From: Macrostomum hystrix
Taxonomy: Eukaryota; Animalia; Platyhelminthes
Assembly: GCA_950097015.1 (NCBI GenBank)
Contig: CATNEN010000034.1
Span: 7,626,001-7,690,000, forward strand
DNA: 64,000 bases
Direction of reading: 5' to 3'
The notes beneath the pieces were generated by a model, which ran no database searches, had not been told where the DNA came from, and worked only from the letters and a program-made list of their open reading frames with translations. Both the position numbers and the translations under genes were made by a program. Below are positions 1 to 12,159 of this stretch, piece after piece; positions within the stretch are counted from its first letter, which is position 1; every line of letters begins with the position of its first letter.

Positions 1-527
1 GAAGGGGGTTGGGAATTAGAGGAATTAATCAAGCAGGGCTTACCTGAGCGTGAGAACCCATTGCTCAGAATAAAGCGAATATATTTACAATTTGTCACAC
101 TGGTGCTCTTGAAGCATAACTAACTCTAAGAAATGTGTGTTACCAGCTCCGAAAGGGTGAAGGAAGAGCAATTTTAAGCAGTTGCCACCCCGCTGGCAAC
201 TATCTTGCAGTCCGGATTCCTTCGCAGCCTCCTGCAGTTAAGGGTGATGAATGACTTCAATTGACTGGCGATATTTTTATCCTGAATCAGCCATGCATGG
301 CTGAGCACAATTAGGGCGCGCGATTCGCTTCGTGCCTACTGTTAGTAAGTAGGCGGCCTAGTACTGCAAGGCCTGCTAGGTCACGCTTTTATGCTTGATC
401 AGAGATTGACGAATATTAATAGGCTTCAAGAAGTTTAACATCCCTTTTGTCTGTCGATTTCTTGTCTGCAATTCTCTTTTTCCCCAATTCCATCCTGTTT
501 CCCAGCCGAAAAGACTGAATCCATGCA

Positions 528-674
528 GAGAGGATATTGAGGGGAGGATATTGAGGGGAGGATGAGACAGGGGAGGATGAGACAGGGGAGGATGAGACAG
601 GGGAGGATGAGACAGGGGAGGATGAGACAGGGGAGGATGAGACAGAGGAGGATGAGACAGGGGAGGATGAGACA
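528..674. repeat. Minisatellite, 15-bp unit GGGGAGGATGAGACA (~8 clean + 2 degenerate copies)
   Basis: Directly visible tandem repeat. Confidence 0.95.
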
Positions 675-2100
675 TGGCTGTACTTTATCGCTGGCCATGC
701 ATAAAATTTGGTTTTTCATAATTATTGTAAATGCGCCGTTTCTTCTGAGTTTCAGTTTCCTTTCGGTGCTAAATGTCACTCACAATTACTCCAAGATGAG
801 CAATATGGTATTTTATGGAAAGTATGTATCTACTTGGCCAATTATCTATTTGATAATTAGCGTCTATACTCTCCATTTCACCAAGATAAGTCATTTCGAG
901 ATAATTGCATTACAGCAACTACACACAGGCATTGTCGCAATAGATACTGCTTGAAGTGAATTGTTTTCTGTGCCTGCATCTCTACGGGTTGGGGTGGGTG
1001 GCGTTTTTCGCACATCTTGTAGTATTTATGAATTTTTTTTCTACTGAAACACAATGGAAGCAGATAATTGTTGATGAATATAACACGGATGCCTCCTCAA
1101 TTGGCGCATTGCTGCAGATTAGAAGTCTTGGTGATAAAAAGGTGTCATAAATTTATTGCAGTTCGAGTTGTCAAGTGCACGGAGTATATTGAGCACTTTG
1201 CCAAGTGACAAGTGCAGTTTAACAAATCCATATTGGCCTGTGTTTTGCTAATTCCTTTCAATTTGACAGAGGATTTTCAAGTTTCTCAAAATGAGCATCT
1301 GAGAAGAGCACCTTTTTAATTTTATGAAAACGAAGCGAGCATGCCGAATTTCGCGAGTTGAGCACACCTTGAGCACAGAATCGAGCACACACTTGAGCAT
1401 GGCATCTCATTTTAAAATGAGCAGAAACTTCTGATTACGCTGATAGATTGGATAAGCGGGAGCAGGAATTCGTATTAAGGAGGTGTTGTGCAAACACTTC
1501 ACCTCTACACGCTCTGAGATGCCTCGACCAACGCGCAGTGGACACGGGCGGGGGCAGTGTTCTCACAGACTCAAAATGAGCACAAACAATTCAAACTTTA
1601 AGGGAGAGATATTGAGATTTGGTTGTGAGTTCTCGCTCAACATCACAAGTGAAGAAGAGCGCAGTTCTCAGATTTTCACACATTTCAGATATTAAGCCAT
1701 GAGTCCCTCTCTCTAAATATACTGATCCATTTTTTAGTTCTTGCATATCTGAGATTTCAGGGACAAACACACAAAGTTTTAAAGGCTTGTGTGTAGAATC
1801 CATGCATTTAGGAAAAAGCGACTTAGGAGAGAACACATTTGATTCACAGGGTGTGTAAGTTGGCAGCTTCTCTTCGAGACCCTGACTGCTCAAAGTGTGA
1901 TGCGAGAGTTCGCGTTATATGCATTGCACATGCATGTATACTAAAAGGCATGTATGTGTAAAGGCAAATATTTGTTCAGTCCGGACATGCCTACAGTGTG
2001 TCTAGCCATGCATTCTTCATTCACATTTTGTCAGACAAATGAATAGGCAAATGCTTGTACTGGCCACCTCCCATCACACCTAAGTATTTGAGAGGGGGGT

Positions 2101-2580
2101 GAAGGGAAGAGAGGTAGAGTGAAGGGAAGAGAGGGAGAGTGAAGGGAAGAGAGGGAGAGTGAAGGGAAGAGAGGGAGAGTGAAGGGAACAGAGGGAGAGT
2201 GAAGGGAAGAGAGGGAGAGTGAAAGGAAGAGAGGGAGAGTGAAGGGAAGAGAGGGAGAGTGAAGGGAAGAGAGGGAGAGTGAAGGGAAGAGAGGGAGAGT
2301 GAAGGGAAGAGAGGGAGAGTGAAAGGAAGAGAGGGAGAGTGAAGGGAAGAGAGGGAGAGTGAAGGGAAGAGAGGGAGAGTGAAGGGAAGAGAGGGAGAGT
2401 GAAGGGAAGAGAGGGAGAGTGAAGGGAAGAGAGGGAGAGTGAAGGGAAGAGAGGGAGAGTGAAGGGAAGAGAGGGAGAGTGAAGGGAACAGAGGGAGAGT
2501 GAAGGGAAGAGAGGGAGAGTGAAGGGAAGAGAGGGAGAGTGAAGGGAAGAGAGGGAGAGTGAAAGGAAGAGAGGGAGAGT
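2101..2580. repeat. Minisatellite, 20-bp unit GAAGGGAAGAGAGGGAGAGT x24
   Basis: Directly visible; pure purine strand. Confidence 0.97.
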
Positions 2581-3639
2581 GGATAAAGGTAGGGAAATTG
2601 GATAATCAGGTACCATTGTACCCTTTTGAAGGATACCTTGGAAGCAATTATATTATGTTGGGATAATTGTGAGTGCAAGGCAAGAATGTAACTGCTCTCA
2701 TTCACCTATTTTTCTTTACTGTTGACTTTTTAGTGCATTTAGAGTTAGCTCATCTCTGTCTCACATGAAGCTATCGTTCTATCGTGTGTTTCATCGGAAC
2801 TCACACTGAGCTGATTATATTTGTCTAAATAAAAATGGCATTACCTTTAAAAGGTCTAAATTTTAGATAAACTAAGACTACTGCTGCATGTCTGAACAGT
2901 TATTAGGTAAGTTGACTTCGTATTGTATGCGTTCGAATTAAAGTGAAAATGTGCAAATTGCTGAACAATGTTCTAAAGGCTACCGAATGGGTGGATTTCA
3001 TTTCAGTTAAAATAATCTTAAGGTTATTAGCCCAGAGCTGCACAGCTTGACATCACCTTCGGTCCGGGCCCCAAGTCAATTCTTCAATATTAACACCTGC
3101 AAGTGCACCCGGACTGTCTAATCACAGTCAAGGGTCCGATAACAATTATAACGGCGGCTCTCTTTGATGTGTATAGAAGTTCTGATAATAATATTAACAC
3201 GGCGGCTGCGATAGATGTGTTAGATGTTTTATCCGGGTTTTACAAACAGTTATATTGTCCCCGATTGCGCAATTGAACTAACTTATGCTTTATATAGTAC
3301 CATCCTTGTACGATAGTTCATGCCCACAGAATTCTGCTAAGTCCCATCGATTCACAAGCTATAGTATTGATCTATTTCATTTGCCAGCCTCCGACAAAGT
3401 AAATACAAGGGAGAGAGTGCGATGTGTTCTCAACTGAACTGCTCAAGAAGAATGAACAGCATCGAATTGTGCTCAGGACTCTAAATAGAGTTGCTGTATA
3501 ACAGAGTCTATTCTCGGAGGAACTGCAATGGAATCCGCCATTATCCCGTGTCTCTTACCGTCTTCTCTGTCGCCTCAAAATTCGGTCCCGCCAACCGCCA
3601 ATAGCTCAGATCCTGAAAATGCTTCCAATCCCGACCGGT

Positions 3640-4070
3640 GGGTTGGGGAATCGCAGTCCGTTGCTTGCCCGCCCAATCCGTGCTTGAATCGCGTCTCTCC
3701 GATTCCGAGGGGGGCGGGCACCAGGCGGCTGGCCCTGATTGGTCGGATTGCGGCTGGCACTGGTTGGGGCCCCAGTCACTTCCCCTCCCCCACGGCGCTC
3801 TCTCACTCTCGCTCAGGCCCCACTCCTCCAACACAATCCGAGCGCGGCGGAGGATGGGGCGGCGCAGGTCCGCCAGGCTTGGAGGGGTCTGGGGGTGGGT
3901 GGGCCTGCTACCAACATTTTATAAGTTTGGCCTAACTTGATTGTCGCTAATAGCAAATCTTATTTAGCCAACAGCTCCCGTATCTGCAGCACTGCTTCCG
4001 TAGACTCAGCACTAACTTCTCTGAGCTAGCTACTTCTTCCCTTCTTGAGCAAGACACTTCACCTTTGACT
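3640..4070 (+). promoter_or_regulatory. Putative Gfi1 core promoter
   Basis: GC-rich island upstream of the ATG at 4172 with several CCAAT/ATTGG boxes (~3673, ~3738, ~4054, ~4061), a GGGGCGGG GC box (~3711) and a TTTTATAAG TATA-like element (~3917). Motif inference only. Confidence 0.4.
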
Positions 4071-4171
4071 CAGCCAATACATTGGCCTCTTCAAACATTT
4101 CTCCCTACACTTCTGCCTAGCTACACAGCTTTCCCTCCTCCTTCGCTTTCAATATTCACTCTTTTTGGACA

Positions 4172-5148
4172 ATGAGCAGTGCTGGGAGTCAGCAGCAGCA
4201 GCAGCAGCAGCCACTGCAGCTGACAGTGAACGACAAGAGGATCAAAGGTAAGCCGTTTTTTCTACTCGTACTTAATTTCGATATTAGTCTGGGAACGGCG
4301 GGGACGATTTCTGCAATCAATGTGTCAACAGTGCCGCACATGATAGCCATTGTCGCTAGCAAGTGATTTTTACTCTTCCCGGGCCCTGAGACGAGTTGAG
4401 AAGACGGTCTCATAACTCCATGGCTTAACAGCTGTCAGGCGGGCCCGAAGCTATAGACAGATTTTTGGAGATTGAGAAGTGAAACTTATTGCGTTTATAA
4501 CTAAGATAATGTCTGAGTGAGGTATTGACGGATAAATTTTGTACAGACTTACTGAATTCATTCGATTTCAACGAATGGGATTGCTGCACAATGAACCCGT
4601 AATCAATGTTAGTTGGAGCATGACATTGCTCCTTGCAATAATATGGAACTTTGGATAGCAGCCAAATATACGTAGTTTAAAATTTTAACGTGCATGCCCT
4701 GCATGAAAATATAATTCGAAGCAATAACCCATACTCACAAAATACAAGCGTGCAATGTTTGATGGCCAGGGAAATATTCGGTGCAAAAAATACTCACACC
4801 CGGCGTGCCGCTCTGCTCACCCCCCCTAGACACGTGGGAGTATACAAATAGGCATCAATAGGCATCAGTAATAGTGCTTTCTGATCAACAATGCTGCGCC
4901 TATACAATGCATCACCAAATATTATAGCGAAAAATGAGTTGCTGCTCATAAAACATTTGTCCGAATTTATTCAACACGCTTATTGTTCTCAATGCGATCC
5001 AAACAGGCGAGCCTTCTATTGACAATGCCCATTCCTGTGGGACGCTGAGCTCAACGCATGCGCCGCCTCCTGCCGCTCCGCTGCCGCCCATGCCGTTCCC
5101 GGCGATGGCCGCAGCGGCAGCTGCCGCAGCAGCCGCAGCCGCCTTTCA

Positions 5149-5179
<31 letters not shown>

Positions 5180-8100
5180 TCGCCGTCGGGTTCAACTGGA
5201 GCCTCGGTGACGCTGCCCTCTCTGCCGGCTCCCTGGCTGTGCTGGCCAAACTATGCCGCGGCAGCGGCAGCCGCAGCCGCGTTGTTTGGCGGCAAGGCAG
5301 CTCACGGTGGGGGAATCAGTGAGTGCAGTTTTATTTTTATTGTCCGTTAATATTCTTAATTACATGTTTTAGCTTCAAAAATGAAATAACAAACTGTTAG
5401 ATATTGTATATAGATGAATTGTCTAGTCAAGTGCTCCCATTGTCGGACATTACCGATGACGATAACTAATTGATGATATTGGCTAAACTTAAACTTATTG
5501 TTAAATATGACACCAAATAATCAAGTACAACTATACAGCTACCGTTTATGCATTTATCGGGTCAGGACTGCAGTGTTAGTAGGTACAACCTTGGGAGTTT
5601 TGTTTGGACCCAATTTCCTGACGCCAATATACCTAAGTGACAAGGAAGACAGTTCGGAGACAAATTTATAATTGAATGGAATTGGTGCAGCCAGAAGTGG
5701 GCGATGTAGGAATTTTTCACCTGCTTGGGGGCTGCTGCCGCACTTGACTCCAAATGGGAAACAATTTTTCTGCTTGTTGGATTGCCGTTTCTGACCATAA
5801 TACGGCCGCCTGCTTGTGCTGCTGCTGCTGCTGCTGCTATTTAGGAGCCATTCGAATCCTGAGTGATTTCTCCGCAGTCAAGGCTTCCTCTTTGTTCGCC
5901 AACACCATCTGTCTGATCAGGGAGGAGAAATAATCAAGTTTTTTTTCAGACAATCATTGTGGATTTGTGTACTCGTACTGGGAGAATCGGGTAGTGTAGC
6001 GAAACTGCCACGCTGCTGGAGGTGTTGCAATGTCCGCAGAGAACCTGATGCTGCATCCGAGTGATGAAGGATCCAACGGGATGCTGATATGCCGGTGCGA
6101 AGTAACTGGGGCAATTTCAGGCGTGATGTGGCATCCTCCCCTCTTGTTAGGGGAAATACGCAGCGCCATGAGAATGGATACTTATATGCAGTTCTGTTGT
6201 TGCTAGGCTATTGCTAAAACAACTTTTCTTTAAGTGTGTGTAGATTTTTCGCTATATAAAACAACCTTCCTCATTGGATTCTTCAGTCAAGCCATCGCTT
6301 CTTGGATTTGTATTCTTTTAAATCCAATCCTATCTTTTCAACGAAGTTTTAGGAATGTCTTAACGCGCGCAGATAGCATAGCAACACTGCAGGAGTTGCA
6401 TTTTATTGGGAGAGAAGAGAACGAATGGTTTCAAGGAATCGGAGCAGCAATATTTTTGGGAATGTCTTTGAATCAACGAGAACGAAAGAAGCCAGCGGGT
6501 GGCGTGGCAAATCTTTAAATTTGTCTTATGCGACAAAAAATCGGATTGCAATGATAGAAATCAGTGTGCGGAATTGAATGCGTTACTGATTAATTGCAAC
6601 ATTCGGCATTCATAAACAATAATGGGATAAAACCGATGTTCTCAAGTCGGGGGCAACCAGCTGAGCCTGCATGCATGCGCAGACTTATAGCGGCTATTTA
6701 ACGGAGCCTGTAACATGGAATGTGATGCAAGGAGTGTGCATGAATATTCCATATACATGAGGGCGAGTGGCATGGGATCACCCGCCAAGCCACCCGTCCA
6801 AGAGGTCTCTAAGTCGCCCAGAGAGCGAGTCTCCGATTTCAAAGCCCGATGTCTATGGTCCAACAACTGTTGGATGCGGGCCCGCAGCTTCTTTGACCTT
6901 GCAAATTAGGCTTCCAACGCCCTTCCTGCCTATACACATAGGCCTCTATAATGTGAGCAGGTTGGCGTGAACCCCGATTAAAAAAGACAATGATGCGGGT
7001 CCCACCGTCTCGCCTTAGAGATCGACGATCTCGATCTGACGGACTCAAATCGTGGGGGGCTTCTCTGTGGATACCAGCGAGTTTTTTTCCGATTCAATCT
7101 GCAACACAACACGGCAAAGTATCGCCTAATTAGTGAATCACAATGAGCCCACCTCCGCTTGTTTGAAAACAGCTCCGCTGCCTCCGGTGACTTCGGCTGC
7201 CGAGCTGCACGAAGCTGCTTCCTTCCAGGCGGCGCAGCAGATGCGCGGCCTCCTGGAGTACCAGGCCGCTCTGAGGCACATGCTGGGAGTCGCGAGCCTG
7301 GGAGCGCCCCCGCCGCCTCAGCAGCAGCTTCCGCTGCCGCCGCCGCCGCCACCTCAGCCGCATCAGACAAGCCAGCAGCGCCTGATTGGGCAGCAGTCGA
7401 ATTTCTGGTACCAGGCGCCTTCCTCGCTGGTGCCTCCGCCGCCACCACCGCCGCCGCCTCCTCAGCCGAACCCGTCGTCGTCATCAGCAGCCGCCGCCTT
7501 CCCTCGTCATCATCAGCAGTCAGCTGGCCTCGCCGGCTTCTGCGAGCACCACCGGCATTCGCCGTCGATCCTGACTGCGCGAGAGACCGATTCGCTCAGT
7601 CCGGCAGACCACAAGGATCAGAACAGTAACGAGGACAGCCTGAGCAGCTGCGCCTCAACCAGCGGCGGCGGTGGCGTCGGCACCTTCCAGTGCGTGAAGT
7701 GCAACAAGCTCTTCTCCACTCCGCACGGCCTTGAGGTGCACGTGAGACGGTAAGCATTATTTCTACACCTTTTGTTCTCTCTGCCATTCTGCTAGACTTC
7801 ACAAGCGCATAACTGTACACCTGCGGCCCACCCGTCAAGCAGGTCCCACTCCGGCAAACGGCCCTACGAGTGCGAGGTGTGCCAGAAGACATTCGGCCAC
7901 TCGATCTCGCTGTCGCAGCACCGGGCCGTCCACTCTCAGGAGAAAGTATTCGAGTGCAAGGAGTGCGGCAAGACTTTCAAACGGTCCAGCACGCTGAGCA
8001 CCCACCTGCTGATTCACAGCGACACCCGGCCCTACCCGTGCCAATACTGCGGCAAGCGATTCCACCAGAAGTCGGACATGAAGAAGCACACCTACATCCA

Positions 8101-9443
8101 CACAGGTGAGTTGTTGCGCGGCCGCACGTTGTTGCCAGCTTATAAACGGTTCTCTCTCCATCTTAGAAGCGGAAGCGTAGAACAAAAATAGTATAAAAAA
8201 TCCGCCCTCATTGGCCAGGTGATTCCAACCGGGTGCCGGGGCCCAACACCTGAGGGATCTTTTTTTTCACTCTTAGGAGAAATCCCAATTCCTTGGACGC
8301 CTCGATCAAACGACCCTGCAATGGGGCAATTGAACCACGTGTCACCGCACACCCAGCCAACGTGTTGTGATGCGGGCAAAGGGGGACCGCTCTCTCCGTG
8401 AAAAAACTCCTCACCGACTCGGGACCAAACAATTAATTAGCCCTCCGCCTTTGCCCGGAAAACGATTCGCAAAGTCCCGCTGGACCAGGTTCCTTCTGCC
8501 CGCATTGTAACTGAACACCTATTGAGCGGACTGTCCCACCCCATGATTAACCTGTGGCCGTCAATCCGGGACACGCCCACCAATTTCTAACATCCCAATG
8601 CACGTGCGCCCATCCCTAATAGTAGCGCCTGAATTCAGACAGAGGCCAGACAAAATATCGCACCTCAATGGCATAAAATCTGATTCGAGAAGCGGTGAAA
8701 CATTCGCAGCAATGTCTAATGCAATCATACCGCCAGCGAGCTGCAATCTGTTGTATGTGGGGTCGGCTTGGTATGTATGCGCAATGCACACACTTCATCT
8801 GGGATAGATAGCCAGCGAGTGGGAGAAATGGGAATGAGGAAAATGGGGATCTCCCGCATTCTCCAAACATAGCCAAATCCGAAACGTGCCCCCCCGATAG
8901 CACTCAACAATTTCCACCCCTGTCAATTTAGAGACTGCGAGGCACACGATAGCCGCGACCTCCTCCCTGATCCCCAATCTCTCCGCCCTCTTGTCCCGCC
9001 AGATGCAGCGCACGCCAATACTCAGTTTTTATCCCGCATGCAGTTTGAAGCAGCAGACAATGAGAAAATTGGATTTCCAGACGGGACAAGGCAATTCTGT
9101 AGGCCTCTCGAGGCGAAGTGAAATCCCAGTCTCAACCGCGCCAATAATTCTCCCATCCCGCAGGCGAGAAGCCTTACAAATGCGTGCAGTGCGGCAAGGC
9201 CTTCAGCCAGTCCTCCAACCTGATCACGCACAGCCGGAAGCACACCGGCTACAAGCCCTTCACCTGCGACCAGTGCGGCCGCAGCTTCCAGCGCAAGGTC
9301 GACCTGCGCCGGCACACCGAGACGCAGCACGCCTGCCCGGCCGGGCCCGACGCTGCCGCCGTCGCCGCCGCGGCTTCGCCCAGCCCTTCGCCGCTGCCTC
9401 CGCTGTCTAACCCGACCTCCTCTATCGGTAGGCGGTTCTCTTC

Positions 9444-9475
<32 letters not shown>

Positions 9476-9564
9476 TGTCGTACTCGGTGGACAGCATCCT
9501 GAGCAGGAGTGACAGTTCAGCAGCCGCCAGCGGAGATTCCACCGCGATGGCGGCGATGGCTTGA
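4172..9564 (+). CDS. GFI1: Gfi1/senseless/PAG-3 family C2H2 zinc-finger transcription factor (6 fingers), ~555 aa; join(4172..4247,5007..5318,7134..7749,7843..8105,9164..9564)
   Basis: Spliced translation gives [116 protein letters not shown] and [24 protein letters not shown], the diagnostic Gfi1 finger array. All four introns are GT-AG with matching phases (1,1,2,1) and the total of 1668 nt is divisible by 3. Exons 3-5 are secure. Exons 1-2 rest only on phase consistency and Q/A-rich composition. Confidence 0.95.
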
Positions 9565-11047
9565 ACAGCGCGCCTCTAACTCCTTTAGTGACTCAGCATA
9601 GCGACTTGAGACCCAACTTTCTGTCTATGGCCGGGACTACTCTCTCGTATTATAGATCGCATCTTTTTATTGCCCATTTTGTCAAAGCATAGAAAGATTC
9701 CCAGTAAGTTGAACGGGAGCTCACGAAATAGAATTTTAGAATCCCATGCATGGAGAACACAGCATTATTTATTACACAGCAGCTTTCTCTTTCGCTTCTA
9801 GCAAACAAAGAGCTGCATACAACGGACAAAGACTGTTTCCCATCACCATGCATCATCAGATGCGGGCATGAGGGCTAACCATTTCATGTTTTTATAATAA
9901 AAGGAATTAAATTGCATCAATTCTTTAATGACACCAAAAACATAACTTGCGAGCAAGATTGGGAAAACAAAAATTTAAACTCGTCCCTTGAGCAACAGAT
10001 TGTAGGATATTGTGAAGGATATGCTAACAGTTTTGTTCTTTCTAGAAACCTACATTTTTTCTTCTCGCAATCTCTTGTCACTTTTCAAAGCAAAATTTAG
10101 CTGTTATTTGCAACTTTTTTCTTCTAAAATAGCTACTAAAATGCACCAACTTTGGTTAGATGAAATTGAACTTAACTTGCTTTTCCTTGTTGCAAAATGG
10201 TAAATGATTAAAAATATGAATATTTTATGTCAGTAGGTACTCTATGCCCACAGTGAAGAATGCTGTCTTCAACCCATGCAATCCTTGTTTGTTTTGTTGC
10301 TTTTTTTCTCTATATTTTGTCTCTACTATTGAATTGCTGTTCAGCGCACCACTGCGAACTATTGCTTGCATTCACGGAAATCCTTACTGACAGTCATCGC
10401 AGTGTCGTGCATATATGAAAATACACTTATATACACTAACTCGCAACAGCGATCTTTCTTCGTAATTTAAATGCATCAAACGAAAATGTTCGAAATGAAA
10501 AGTTAAAGAAGAAGAAAATCATTTCATTTTAGGCTGGCTTCATAAATAATTTCAAATCATTAGAAATGTAACTGCATGCTCATTGACAACCACTGCATGT
10601 ATTGCTTGCTGCCTGGGTTGCACGGTGTGAAGTTGCAGTTTGAAGTGGCCTTCTACGAGCGATAGTTTGGGTGTCGTCTCTACTTGCACCCAATGAGTTC
10701 CTCTCTATCCATATATTGCTTTCGTGTCCTAACAGAATATGGCATTGTTGAATTGCATTTTTCTTGCTAGCAGCGCGCGAGGGAAGTCTTGGGCTCAATG
10801 AGACGGACTGAAATAGAGACGAGAGTGTCTGAAGGCAGATGCTTTGAGAGGCCTCTGTTGTGAGTCTTAGATTGAGAGAGACAGTTGGGAAGAATGCAGA
10901 GTATAATAGGAGCTTCTATGAGCTAAATTGCTCCAGGGGTCAGTGGAAATACAGTTGTTGAAACACGAAGTGTAGAACTTGCAGACTATAGGGATTTAGT
11001 CTGTCGTATCGAGTCTGATTGATTTTCTGTGCACAGAAAACTTATCA

Positions 11048-11212
11048 ATAGCCAAGCGTCAGTTCCTCATGGCCAAGCTTCAGTTTCTCATAGCCAAGCT
11101 TCAGTTCCCCATAGCCAAGCTTCAGTTCCTCATAGCCAAGCTTCAGTTCCCCATAGCCAAGCTTCATTTCCTCATAGCCAAGCTTCATTTCCTCATTGCC
11201 AAGCTTCAGTTC
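11048..11212. repeat. Minisatellite, 21-bp unit ATAGCCAAGCTTCAGTTCCTC x~8
   Basis: Directly visible. Confidence 0.92.
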
Positions 11213-12159
11213 GCTGTTCCGTTCTCAGTTCTAGTCTATAAGTTCTAAAGCAAGATTTCCCAACTCAGAAGCAAGCTCTGATAATGCTCCTTCTCAAATG
11301 CCACAAAAAATCCCCAGATTTTATTCGGTGGATCACACTGCGGGAAATAAAAAGTCGAGTTTTATTTTAGCATAGAAGCAGAGGTGTAAGTAAGAATTGT
11401 ACAAAGTTTTCAAATTTTATTCGCTTGCATTCAAGTAGTGTGATGCTAGTCCGGTTGATAGACAGCACCTACCCAACACCGAGCCTCCCCGTTAAACTCC
11501 GTGAATTATGCATGCGTACGCCCGCCCTCGAGACTTTGTAATCCGAGCGGATTACCAGCCACTTTAATCCGCCACCGCTCCGTTGGCTAATGGGCCACCG
11601 GATTATCGAGTATGCGCAAAGTTGAACAAAACAGAAAGCTGGTAATAAACGCAATGAAAACTTCGACCCAGTCCGTCGAGATGGGATCCGTGTCCGAAAA
11701 GCCGGCTCCGCCCCAGCCCAATGGTCCTTATGGCCCGTCTGGTTAATTCAGAATTTCATTATGATAATGAATGACAAGTATAAATTGAGTCCTATCTATA
11801 TAGCACCTGGACTAAGTCGCACGGCTATATGGCGGATATGCCGGAGCAACAATTCTTTTTGTTAATAGTAACCAATGACCAACTACACGGAGGTCGAAAT
11901 ATATTTTAGAGATTAAGCGGATGGATACGAGAGAACACAGGAGGCATAGGAAAAGCATGGAAATAAATATGAAATAGTCGGCACTCAGAGTCTGTCTAAT
12001 GGCTCTTGGCTTCCTGTGGGCTTAATTGCAGAAGACAATTTTCAGACACTGCATTTTCAGAATGGAAAAAGCGACTCTAGCAACTGAACGAAATACCGAT
12101 ATGGAGCACGAAACCAACTGCACAGCTGCCAACTGCCCCCCATCATGTTACAATTGCCT

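Noticed and set aside
1-420. Possible decayed CR1/L2 LINE 3' end (LRVMNDFN resembles LRVVNDWN)
   Set aside because: Only one short motif amid stops; needs a Dfam/RepeatMasker search.
1519-1545. MPRPTRSG as a possible SNAG start for Gfi1
   Set aside because: Only MPR matches; the SFLV core is absent and no suitable donor links it to exon 2.
3060-3560. Possible decayed RTE-like RT fragment on the minus strand (RTRMVLYKA*VSSI)
   Set aside because: Many stops and similarity too weak to call by eye.
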